Shown: one piece after another, positions 37,407 to 48,939 of the stretch
Numbering within the stretch: position 1 is the first letter of the stretch
Layout: each line of letters opens with the position of its first letter
DNA from: Selaginella moellendorffii
Taxonomy: Eukaryota; Plantae; Lycopodiophyta
Assembly: GCF_000143415.4 (NCBI RefSeq)
Contig: NW_003314327.1
Location: 857,403 to 921,402 of the forward strand
DNA length: 64,000 bases
Direction: 5' to 3'
Notes under the pieces: generated by a model
Told to the model about the DNA's origin: nothing
What the model saw: only the letters and a program-made list of their open reading frames with translations
The model's database searches: none
Translations under genes and position numbers: made by a program

Positions 37407-39237
37407 ATGGGCACCCACGGTTACATAAGCTTCCGCTACAAAGGTGTCTACTACTGCATCTACAATGACTCCAATTTGGAGGTCCTCGGTGAAATGATCG
37501 CCGACTCTCTGAAAGATCATTCTGTCCAGCTCTTGAAATTCTTGATTGATCGTGCAGTGGTATTCCAGGTGAGAGTTCTCTGACACCCTCTTGCTGTGTG
37601 TAAATTTCCATCTGTAGTTTGAGAACGTGGAGTTTCCATCACCCGAATTCCTGGACCACGTTTGCACTGCTGCCGGGTCACAGGAGATACGGAGAGAACT
37701 TCAAGGCGGGAATCCTTGGGGCAATCCCTGGGATCTTGTCTCCCTTGGACTTTCAAAGCTCTGCTACCGTATCCTTGAGCTCGGCTTTCTCCAGTGCAGT
37801 TTCATGTTACTATTTGCTCCTCGGACAACCTATGTCCACTACACTTATGTCATCGATCTTGACACGGCCAGCTTCACCATCAACACGAGCGATAACATTG
37901 TGTCCTTCAACATGGAAAACATACCACATAACTGGATGGATTGCACGTACGCCCCCCCAGAATGGATCGCTCTTGCTGGCTGGGATGACCGAGTTCTGCA
38001 GGAGACGATGAATCGAAAGCTGAGCAGCCGTGGTCATGAAGCTTGGAATATCATACTCGGCCATCTTCTACTCCAGTTTGACCACTGTCCGTCGCTTGTT
38101 GATCAGTGAGAGCGAGAGCGAACCTGACGTTGAGTTCCTGTTTGAGATGATTGAGAGTTTGAGGCTGCTGTATGAGGCTTTCACTTGCGCTCAAATCCCT
38201 TCGTCATACGTGATATTTCCCTCAGCAAAACTCAAAGCGATCGCGAACAACGTTCACAGTGGTTCTATGATCTCTCAAGCCGTGATCGTGGAGGAGCCGC
38301 TTACATCCGACCATGCAAAGCTCCATGCTCTAGTCTTCTACGGTATGGTGTGCCAAAACTACGTGTTCTTCATGGAGCTGCCTCTCTTGGAGCCGGACAT
38401 GCAAGCGTTTGTGGAGCTTGCCAAGTATGTATTGGTGCTAGCTGAATGGGACAACATCAGCTTCACTACGTGCGAGCCAAAGAAGCGAGTTTATAGTATA
38501 TGATATGAAAGCTGTTTCTCTTCAAATCTGCCTCTGGATGACGGACTGAACCGCTGCTGGGACACTGAAAACGCTGCAAGATTGGCTTCTCCCTGAAGGA
38601 TGGAGAGCATAGAGTTCTCCTTGCGATTCAGCTCAACGAGGACGCTGGGGTCCAGAATGCTGTCTCAATGGCTGTGGAGCATTTCAAGTCTTTGGAGTCG
38701 AGAGTGGAGGAGATTTGCGTGTGCGCTTTGAGCGTCCTTCACGTAATGACTATAAAGGTTGCGAGGATTGGAGAAAGGATAACCATAGCTCGCTCCAAAC
38801 CAGCTCCCTTGATTCGTTTAGAGAGGCCTCGTACATTTCATGACTGGGAATTTGGCGACGATGAAGTAAAACTTGTTGAACCTGGGTTCAAACTTTTGCT
38901 GAGCTACTTGACAAGGTATGATCAATCTTTGTATGTTTTCTATGTAAAAAGATTTTGGAAAACCAGGATGAATCATATCGAGCTCCCTATCAATGTCTTG
39001 GATGAGAGTTACTGCCGCGTACAACGAAGTATTGGAAGCTCAATTGTTGTTCTGAATCATGCTATCGTTGAGAAATCATGTATTTTATCGGCCCGGCTCC
39101 TCGAAGGCAGTCAAGGGCTCAAAGCCCAAGTTACTGGAATTGGCGATCTTTTCCTGTGGATGAGGTATGGAAAAGATTTTCGTGGACACAAACGTAATCT
39201 GGAGTGTATGGAAAGTCTGCAATTTGAACAGAATTAA
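37407..39237 (+). pseudogene. Uncharacterised protein resembling a fungal/microbial family; frameshifted in this copy
   Basis: MGTHGYISFRYKGVYYCIYN start (missed by the ORF track); GT-AG intron at 37569-37617; YTYVIDLD..FTIN; ALSVLHVMTIKV; reading-frame breaks near 38100 and 38500. Confidence 0.6.
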
Positions 39238-40297
39238 AGGCCTCTCTTACAGTGATACAAATCCATTAGTGTACAGCTTCATTTGCTGGGAAAAGAGAGG
39301 TAATTTTAAAAAATCGTTTTCATTTCAATTTGTTTCTTGTGCTGCCTGCAAATTCAAGAGTAGCATCTATACAAATAGACTTTCGCGTCAAGGTTCCATG
39401 TCTCATCCCTGTGGAAATCTAACCCAAGAAACGAAAAGGCTCGTACCTCGGCTCGTCCACTCGTCGGAGAACCATGCCCGGGAGCTGCCAAGAGAAATGG
39501 CCCGGTCATGACCTAGAAGAGACTAACCTGTGTTAAAAAGGTTTGATGTGGGGCTCCATCTCTTAACTTCATCTGCTTCTCCATCTCCACAGCGGAAGCA
39601 GATGCATAAAATCATGGAGATGCAAAGCCGCTTCTTTGCCATCTCCAGGATCAAACACGGTGTCAAAAGTCCTTGTCTGCCTTTGATAGGGGCACTGGAG
39701 CTCGTTTGCGGCCATATTCTCGCCTGCTGGTCCGATTCGAAATGAGCAGTCGAGAAGAATGAGTCACGACGATGGAGGAGAGTTGGCTGCGCGTGGACAG
39801 AGGATCCTCCTGGACCACCACGTTTTCCTCCTGATCTTGCACTGCAAAGAGTGGATCCACTGCGACCTTGTTTCCCGATCCCCAGTCATGGCAAGCACCA
39901 CCGAGAAGAGCTGAAGGTGGCAGCCGCCTGCTGCAGGAGCTCGCGAATCCGAGGATCATTGGCGATCTTCTTTCTGCCGACATTCACTTGATGCTCCAAG
40001 GCATTCTCCACTTTGCTCTAGGGAATAAAATGCTGCGGGCACCACTGCGGCCAGGATGATGGCCACTCATCACACACCTTGCTTCTTCCCCTCTTGCAGT
40101 GTATCCAGATGCCGATGACGATGGCCACCATAATTTGACGATGCCTGCAGCGAGCAAACCCCCTTAGAAGCTCCATGACGAGGCGCCGCAAAGAGCCACA
40201 ACGGCCATTCACAAGCCATCCACCCCCAAGAAGCCGTTTTTAAAGGGGCTTAATATAAACCACAGTTTGAACTGTTAATTTTCATAATTTCACCACA

Positions 40298-41010
40298 TAT
40301 ACAAAGGTGTCTACTACTGCATCTAAAATCATTTGGACTCCTACTTGGACTTCCTCGGCAAAAGGATTGTCGACTCTCGCAAGGATCATCCTATCCATCT
40401 CTTGAATTTCCCGATTGATCGTGCAGTGGTAGAGTTCTCCCAAACCCTCTTGTTGTGCGTAATTTCCATGTCTAACGTGAAGTTTCCATCACCCGGATTT
40501 CTCGCGAAGTTTGCACTGCTGCCGGTTCACAGGAGATACAGAGAGGCGATCCATTCCGGAGGGGCGTTCGTGCAAGCCATCCAGTTGTGTGGGATGTTTT
40601 CCGTGTTGGACACAATGTTCTTGAATGTGTTGATGGTGAAGCTGGCTGTGTCAAGGTCGATGACATAAGTGACTCGATATCCCGAGGACCAAACAGTGAC
40701 TTGGAAGGGCACACGAGAAAGCCAAGCTCGAGGATACGGTGCCAGAGCTTCGTAGGTCCAAGGGAGACAAGCTCCCAGGGATGGCCACCTGGATTGTGCT
40801 GGCTGGGATGGGCCTCGTGAAGCTTGGACTTCCACTGGAAATGGAAATGCTGGGTAGCATCGGGATCCGCACTCTATTGCCTTAAAAAAGGTGAGACACT
40901 GATTCTGGACAGTGAGCTTCGACAAGGTCCATAGTGAGAGCTATCCTGACGTTGAGTTCCTGTTTGACATGGTTGAGATGGCTGTGTTGTTGAGGCCTGT
41001 ATGAGGCTTA
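40298..41010. pseudogene. Partial duplicate of the 37407 gene with an internal inversion (~40543-40930)
   Basis: 40298-40540 is forward homology (YKGVYYCI*NHLDSYL); 40543-40790 matches the reverse complement of 37720-37970; forward homology to ~38105 resumes at ~40934. Confidence 0.8.
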
Positions 41011-42199
41011 CCATAGATTAGTATCAAATGAATAACCCAGTTATAAAATATTTATATCTATTTTTAGAAATCTATTATTTTTATAATTTCATGTTTTGAT
41101 ATTGTATATATAAAATATACAAATATGGCTAGGATAATCAACCTGTATTTATAACTTCGTAATCCTACTTTATCCCTCTCATTATGTTTTAAGATTTTTA
41201 GAACATAAATATATTAAGATCTTAGTTCCCATTAATAAACTATTTGTTTGAATAGTAAGTATACTAAGTAAAAATAATTACAGATAATATAAATATTTTA
41301 ATGTAAACTTACCTGATTCAAAAATTATTATTATGAATAACAATTACTATAAATAAATATATAGTCTGGAAATATTATAATGAATAAAAACATAATATTA
41401 TGTCCCAAGTTCAAGCAAAGAACATTACCCAATCCTCTGTATACAAAATCCTAGATTGCAAGCAAAAGAGTTATATCGGGAGTTGTAACTAACAAACTTA
41501 TAAATATATTGCATTCAATTAGTAATATACACATATATATAATGTGTTCTTAGGTAGCTTTAAATGATACCTGTCTACTTATTTGCAAGATAACTGCATA
41601 TAAATAGTACATTAGTCAGTGTCTTCATATATAAGAAGTAGACAAAAAATTTGTGGTTTAAATGCTTGATAGATCTTCAAGAAACTAAATATAACACCAT
41701 GCAAAGAGTGACCCAAGGTATTTGCTTCCTTTTCTTCTGTGCTTTTTTTTTCTTATTTTTATTTATTATTTAATTTTTATGGCTAAATGCAGTTTTTTTT
41801 GTTTTTATAATGTAAAGCAATTATACTAACTTCTTTTTTTGTGACTTCTTTATGTTGCTGTAATTTTGTAACCATGTTATATTGGCCACGCTTTCATCAT
41901 TCCACATTGGCTGCTATGCGGCAGGAATCCCAGCGGGACACTGGCTAGCACGAGAAAGGCCAAATGCTTCGTTTGCGCAGTTTTGGAGCACAGAAGAACT
42001 CGCTGCTTTTTTGCGATGGTCGTCACTGTTCCATGGCAAGATGGCGGGGAGATGGCGGGTTGTGCATGGCGAGAGGGCCCTCGCGTCCAAGTTCCTAGCT
42101 GGAGACATTCCCGGTCGAGATCGCCAGTTGCAAGAACTCATGGGGGCTCGAAGAGCATCTGGCGGAGACGCTGGGCCGATCACCTGATGCTTCGAGCGG

Positions 42200-42310
42200 A
42201 ATCCAGCAGCTGGATTGCAAGGTATAGCAGCATATGCCCAGAATGGGTATTTCTCCTTGCGTGCCCAGATGCCGGAGTACACGTGGCTCATTGTGGGCCG
42301 TTGAAAGGGC
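42200..42310 (+). pseudogene. Possible PPR-gene remnant
   Basis: One frame reads IAAYAQNGY...QMPE, typical of PLS-class PPR motifs; very short. Confidence 0.3.
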
Positions 42311-42595
42311 TTCATGGAGTTTGAATATATAGCTTGGGGGGAGTTTGCTGGGAGCGCTGGGGAGCGCGCTAGGGCTTCATCGGTGAGCATTTAGCACAGC
42401 GGCCGCCGCGGCTCGCAGGATCGAGCGAGTCTATGAAAGAATTGCCGTCTAAGCGCGTGACAAGGTATGTAGTCCCTCTTCGCCTTTCCTTCCCTTTGAA
42501 AGCTACGGAGTTTGAGCGCCCGAGTTTCTTCTTGATGATGCCAATTTAACTATCGATGGTGGCTGCTACAGAGTTTGCCAAGCGAGGAATCCACG

Positions 42596-43700
42596 ATGTC
42601 TAAGTGCTGCGATAAGGTAATCCTGGTAGTCCCTTTTCCTTGCTTTCCTATGAGCTTTCTCATCTCTATCCTGTGTGATTTAGATGAATGTCGACTTCAG
42701 CATGGAGAATGAACCATGGTGGAGAAATGTGGTTGCAGAGATGAATGATATCAAGTTCCCGATCAACCAAGAGAAAACAAGCGAGCAGATGGTAGCTGTG
42801 CTAGCAGGTTGTATTGGGCGTGACAAATTCGCATCCAAAACGGCATTCGAGGAGGCACTCCTCAGAGGCAGAATAACGGAGAATGATATAGCGGAGATTC
42901 ACAGAGCGTTGAACGTGACAGACTTGGACATGGATGAAGAGCTTGGAGAATACCGCACACAGATGGTTTGTACCATTAAACTGGAACTCTCTCAAGGCCA
43001 ACTCCGGAAGAAGGAACAACTCCCCTATCTTCATCCAAGTTTGGTGCGGCAAAGAATGGTATCATTTGTGGACTCCTTCAACCATGCTCTCAACAGCTTG
43101 AACCTGGTAAGAGCATACTTTGTTTTCATTTTAGTTTGTTTGGTCTTTTTTATTCTTTGTTTCTTTTCTTGAAGGAATTGAAGGCTTCTTCCCCGGAACT
43201 AAGAGTTTCTGCTGCTATCAAGCTTGCTGCTGCTGTAGCAAAGGAGTTTCTTGAGATTCATCCTTTTGTTGATGGAAATGGGAGAGTGTCTCGCGTGATG
43301 ATGGCAGGCATTATGTTCCATGCTCTCGGTATTCACTTCACCATACCAAGGTAATGTATTATCTCAATATTCACCTTGGTATTCATCCAGTTGTTTTTTC
43401 AGCGGCCTGTTTTTCGGCTGGTTATTGCAAAAGAGTCAAGTGAGGAGGACTCCACCGTATGAAGTGGCAACATTCATGCTGGATAAGTTCTATGAGCAGG
43501 TTAGTAGTGAATTGTTACGGTGAATGGATTCCAACTGTTCTTCAGGTGACTAGTGGATTCTGCCAGCAATAGCACACCTTGACCAAGGACCTGCAGCATC
43601 AAGATCATCCGTAAGTTTGGATCACACTCACCTTAGAGTAGTTTTACTTTAGCTTGCTGAGACACAGTAGCATGTAAGTGTAATTTCTTTAACCAGGTAG
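42596..43700 (+). CDS. Spliced Fic/Fido-domain protein with a canonical catalytic motif (both ends uncertain)
   Basis: DIAEIHRAL..GEYRT; FLEIHPFVDGNGRVSRVMM; GT-AG introns at ~42617-42683, 43106-43173, 43351-43390 and 43500-43546. Confidence 0.85.
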
Positions 43701-43744
43701 CAGTGGATTTTTTACACGGACATCTTGTGATGGCATTGATGGTG

Positions 43745-43860
43745 TTCCACAGCCAAACTCTTGCAACAGATCGAGGCCGTGCGTCCCAAGGTGTTGGAGG
43801 TAGGTGCAGCTCTCGGAATTCCTAGACCTGTGTGCGTCTCCGCGAGTGTTTACGGTGGAG
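43745..43860 (+). pseudogene. Remnant paralog of the second Fic gene's 5' region
   Basis: CCAAACTCTTGCAACAGATCGAGGCCGTGC..GGAATTC.TAGACCTGTGTG matches 44752-44875, with a ~23 bp deletion. Confidence 0.7.
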
Positions 43861-44639
43861 CTCAGAAACGTTGCTTAATGCTAGGTGAGTTCCTCCAGGT
43901 CGATGCAAGGTTGATTGCAACGCCCTTTACCAAAGGATTAGGCCTTGAAAAGTGTAAGCGTCTGCTTTGTTCTCATGTTTCAGCCATCCCATCTTGCATT
44001 GTTTCACAGTCAACGTTGTAACTCAACGAGGATTTGTCCAACGAATGCAAGTGTTATTTATCCTTTGACGAGTTCTATAAACTTTTTACGTGTTAGGCAC
44101 CTCATTTTGTATTGCATCGGCGATGCAAATGGAAAACTGATGCTTGCTCACGCCGCCAGTGCCCAGAGCATTCAGGTGAGTGTGGGAATGTCGAAATGTT
44201 TTCGTGTGATTGTCGCTTGTCGCTGGAAACGATAATGCTCTAAAGTATACCAGCATTTTTTTGGGCTCGGATTCCCACGCTGCGAGTCCCTTCCTGCTTC
44301 CAAGCCAGAGAAGCTGTGCAAGACTTCGAGCAAAGGAATTGATCATCGATTCTGCTTGGCATGCCAAGATCTGGCATCTCAATCACAAAGGCCACAATTC
44401 TCTTCAGGCGGATCCACTTGGAAGCTCAAAGTAGTCGATACCAAATAAACCCTTAGACGAAGCAGTGAACAATTAAAATATTTGGGGGTCCTTAGATTAT
44501 ATACACTAAAAGGACTATCCTTTTTACCCCCAGTGGGAAAAGACAAAACGCCCTAAATTGGACGGCTAAGATCGCAAGCTAATCCCAGCCGTCGGATTTT
44601 TCGCGAATCTACCTTTGAAGATGCTGCCATTGCCCTTAC

Positions 44640-45554
44640 GTGTATAGGGTTAGATCCCTAGAACATCTTATGGAGTGGGCGACAGAGCTGCCTGGATGGC
44701 ATCGGCGGGGATGCAAAAGAGCGTGGGCGTATGTTCCAGAGGTAGGCACCTCCAAACTCTTGCAACAGATCGAGGCCGTGCATCCCAAGCTGTCGGAGGT
44801 CCCTGAGCCTACCCTTGGAAAGCAGATGCAGCTCTTGGAATTCTTAGACCTGTGTGTGGCTCCGCGAGCGTTCACGCTGGAGCCAGGCGCCACCAGGGCC
44901 AGGATGCTACGATTAAATTACGACCCCAGGGAAGGTCCCCTTGCCATCCCTGCCGGCCTGGTTGCTGCTGCAGATTACATGGATATGAGGCAAGAAAAGG
45001 GAGACATCATCAGCCTGGAGGATGTTGTCAAGGTGCACAAGCTTGTGATGATGAATCACGGTGGTGGTGAAGAAGCGGAAGCTGAGAGTGATGCCTTGGG
45101 CAAGTATATTGATGAGCTCCACGCCAAGCTGGGAGCTTTGGAGAATGATCCGAGCCTCAGTTGGCAGCAGCGTGCCCAGCGCCTGATAACAATCGCTGCA
45201 GAGACTTTGTTGTGGTTTTTCGGCCACAGGCCATTCAAAGACGGCAACGCAAGGGTGGCAGAGGTGGTGTGCGTGTGGCTCTTGGAAAGCTTGGCACCTT
45301 GTGTGCCATTTAGCATCAATCTGTGGCTTGCACTAGATGAGGGAAAGATTGGTAGTTTAGTTGGGTGCCAGAAGCAGCAGACGCATAAGAATTGCTCATT
45401 CATACCATTACCATCAGGCATAGAAGATACATCAGCATATATTGTGGAGAGGTTGTGGGTCGCTTGGAATAATGTGCTTCGTTTTGATTCTGGACCAGTT
45501 GAAGATGAGAATCCCTTTGAAAGTTTCTCAAAGTTACGTGGTACTTTTAAATAG
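44640..45554 (+). CDS. Intronless Fic/Fido-domain protein with a non-canonical motif (likely ATG at 44669)
   Basis: ISLEDVVKVHKLVM; AAETLLWFFGHRPFKDGNARVAE; 304 aa uninterrupted ORF. Confidence 0.75.
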   Translation: MYRVRSLEHLMEWATELPGWHRRGCKRAWAYVPEVGTSKLLQQIEAVHPKLSEVPEPTLGKQMQLLEFLDLCVAPRAFTLEPGATRARMLRLNYDPREGPLAIPAGLVAAADYMDMRQEKGDIISLEDVVKVHKLVMMNHGGGEEAEAESDALGKYIDELHAKLGALENDPSLSWQQRAQRLITIAAETLLWFFGHRPFKDGNARVAEVVCVWLLESLAPCVPFSINLWLALDEGKIGSLVGCQKQQTHKNCSFIPLPSGIEDTSAYIVERLWVAWNNVLRFDSGPVEDENPFESFSKLRGTFK

Positions 45555-45582
45555 TTTGTCATTTCAAAATTATATAGTTTTA

Positions 45583-45896
45583 CAAAAAGAAAAAAAGTAA
45601 TTCTATAAATTAAGATTGGAGAAATTAGTGTTTTTTTAATTTAGAAGAAATAAATTAAATAAATTTTATTCTCTATGTCTATATCATTAAAATTTATATT
45701 TAATTAATAGTCAAAATTATTTATTTATACTGCCACCATTAGGCATAAAGGATAACAAAAGAAAAAAAGTAAAGTTATAAATTAAGATTGGAGAGATTAG
45801 TGCTTTTAGTTGCACTAAATAATTTAGAAGAAATAAATTAAATAAATTTTATTCTCTATGTCTATGTCATTAAAATTTATATTTAATTAATAGTCT
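45583..45896. repeat. Local tandem duplication (~130-180 bp units)
   Basis: AAAAGAAAAAAAGTAA..TAAATTAAGATTGGAGA.ATTAGTG..TTCTCTATGTCTAT.TCATTAAAATTTATATTTAATTAATAGTC occurs twice. Confidence 0.85.
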
Positions 45897-46594
45897 GGCA
45901 TTATCAGGGATGAGTATTGTCAATAGGTTGTATGCTCTCAAGGTAAAAATAATCTATAGAGATTAAGATTGATCTGAAATAACACCTTATTTTGATTGTT
46001 GAAAATAACAATTCCTAAAAGAGTTTCCAAAAGTTATATGATTTATTAAATCATTTTTCTTTTTCATTATTATATAGTTTACAAAATAAAATTAAAAAAT
46101 TAAATTATTTTAAAAAATTTCATTGATTCTTGTGCTGTTGTTACAAAATTAAAGTAAATATTTTTGAACTAGATAGTTTATTATCTAAAATATAAAAAAC
46201 TGAAAAATAAATAAATCTTTTACTCAATCTTGGCATTTTGATTACTAAATAGTTTTACATTAAAATACTTTTAATTTCATAAAAACCTAAAATTAAAAAT
46301 AAAACTAAAATAGTATGTATAAAAAGCTAAAACACTTTATTATTTGTAATTGTGATGTTTATACAAATATTGCTAGAATAGTCTTAGACTCATCTTAAGA
46401 CAACTTTTCATTATGAGTGTTGATAATCCTAGTTTATCCCTCTTGAATTTATAATATATTACTATTAATATAGATTATAAATAACTTTGAAACACAAAGA
46501 TATGAAGAAAAACAATTATATAAATACTGAATAGGTATATTAATTGAGGATACAAATTTAGCCCCAAATGATGGTCCTTAAGCCTAACAAGGGT

Positions 46595-46679
46595 AATATA
46601 CATACTTACATACATACATACATGTGTATATATGTATATATACACACACACACACAGATATATATATATACATATATAC

Positions 46680-46716
<37 letters not shown>

Positions 46717-47180
46717 CATATATATATATATATATACATATATATATACATATATATACATATATATATATATACATATATATACATACATATATATACA
46801 TATATATATATATATACATATATATACATACATATATATATATATATACATACATATATATACATATATATATATATATACATATATACATATATATACA
46901 TATATACATATACATATACACATACACATATACATACATATACACATATACATACATATATACATATACATATATATGTATATATACATGTATATATGTA
47001 CATACATATATATATATAAATATATATACAAATGTATACTCACGTATGTATATGTATGTATATATGTGTATATGTATATGTATATATGTATGTATATATA
47101 TGTATATGTGTATGTATATATTTGTATATATATGTGTATACATATGTATATGTATATGTATGTGTATATATGTATATATA
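46595..47180. repeat. Compound (TA)n/(TACA)n/(TATG)n microsatellite
   Basis: About 590 bp of almost purely alternating purine-pyrimidine sequence. Confidence 0.95.
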
Positions 47181-48939
47181 GCTATTGAAAATTCCTTTTT
47201 TAATACTTCTTTATCTACTTTTTTTCTACAATTTAAACAATGAGAGTGTTTCTAAACATTTTTTTCCTTCAATGAGAAGATAAAGAAGATATAGAAGATG
47301 AATGAAATGAGTCTGCTCTCATATATAATATATGGGACAGTTACATAGAAAGTTAGTTGGTTCATTAAAATTTCATAGTTGATTTATGCTTTTGTTATGG
47401 CTTTATGTTCTATTTATATCATTGTTGTCAAAAGTTACATTGACAATTTCATGAAATTTATAGCAATCTATAATCTATAACCAAAAGCTCTAGATATTCC
47501 ATTTAACCAATATTTTCATCTTTTGGAGTGAAAGATTGTGTGTGTGTGTCTATATATATATATAGACACACAATGTTTATATTCCTTTCACAAATGGTCT
47601 TGCTTTTTTCCGTCCACAAGAGTGACTCTAATCTTGTACACAGAAATATATATATATATATATATAAAAGCATTTTCCATCCTCCTTATAGTAATCTAGA
47701 TATTAGATGTGTATTCATGAAATCGAGAATATTGCTTTTATTTCATTTGTAGAGTCTTGATTGTTTATAGTATTGAGTATCCTTATATTCTTTTTTCTAA
47801 GGATTGAGTCACTTTCACTAGATTTTTGAGTTAAGCACATTTTCCATAATGTAAGTGTTAAATGTTAGAGCATTGAGATTTTAACAAAACCAATATATTA
47901 CTACTTGCACACAGACAAAAGAAAATACTTAATTACTAATTATTATTATTGTTAACACAGCAGAAAACCCTAAAATTTTAAGAACATTAATTTCCTTATA
48001 CTTTCACCTAATTTCTAGGTTCATCCAAAAGCTATACAAATATCAAGCTGCAAATAAAGAGGTATACCTAAACTTTTGTGTATTCAATCCTAAATTGCAA
48101 GTACCTCCAAGCCTTCTTGTGAGCAAAATTAATGACTTTCTAAATCTTGTACTAAATTAGTAAAATAGCATATCAATGCTATCATATGTAAATTTAAATA
48201 TTATTTCAACTATCTATTTATTTGCTAGAATGTCTTTTGTAATACTTAATTCATCTATAAAGTATAACTTAATTATTTTACTTAATTAACATAGTAAGTT
48301 AATTACATACTTAAGTGCTAAATATAAATATATATTACTATTATCTCCATATCTCTCTATTACCAACTCATTCATTGTCCCATTTAATTCCAAAACTTAT
48401 TTTTCACCAAGTTAATTTATTTGAAGCCATGTTAGAATAAGTTATATTGCAATACTGAAGCATTTCAAGCATTGTCAAACTTCAGCAAATTTGAGTGCTA
48501 ATGCCCCTTGTTGATGCATGTAAACAGCTGCACACATATATATACATGCAGACGATAATATTTGAAGAATATTCATTAAGTTTAATATTTTATAAGTTTA
48601 AGTTAAGAATAATTTTAGGTTTTTACTAAGCATAAATAGTAAGTAGACCTATTTTAACTGATATCTATACAGTGACGTGAGTAGCGGTATTTCTGGTTTA
48701 AAGCTGATATGTTTGATGTCATCAAATATCTGGTGACATCAATCTGCGCTTCTTGGAAAAAAGAAGCGCTGATTTCACCCGTAAAGGTGAGCGTGCCAGA
48801 GTGGTTATCGAGCATGACTATGGGCTCTGCCCGCGCAGGTCCGAATCCTGCCGCTCACCAAATCCTTCTAGATAAGAATGTGTTATTCTAAAATTGCTGG
48901 ATTGATTCACTTAAATTTTGGCTGATGCACATGAGGCAT

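Noticed and set aside
39400-40230. GC-elevated segment with short ORFs
   Set aside because: Probably a gene remnant, but no recognisable motif, so no call can be supported
42596-45554. Fic genes as bacterial contamination or a true prokaryotic toxin-antitoxin operon
   Set aside because: Gene 1 has several short GT-AG introns and the locus is contiguous with plant repeats and genes; there is no operon structure
46475-47243. Several Y/I-rich ORFs on both strands
   Set aside because: Translation artefacts of the TA microsatellite
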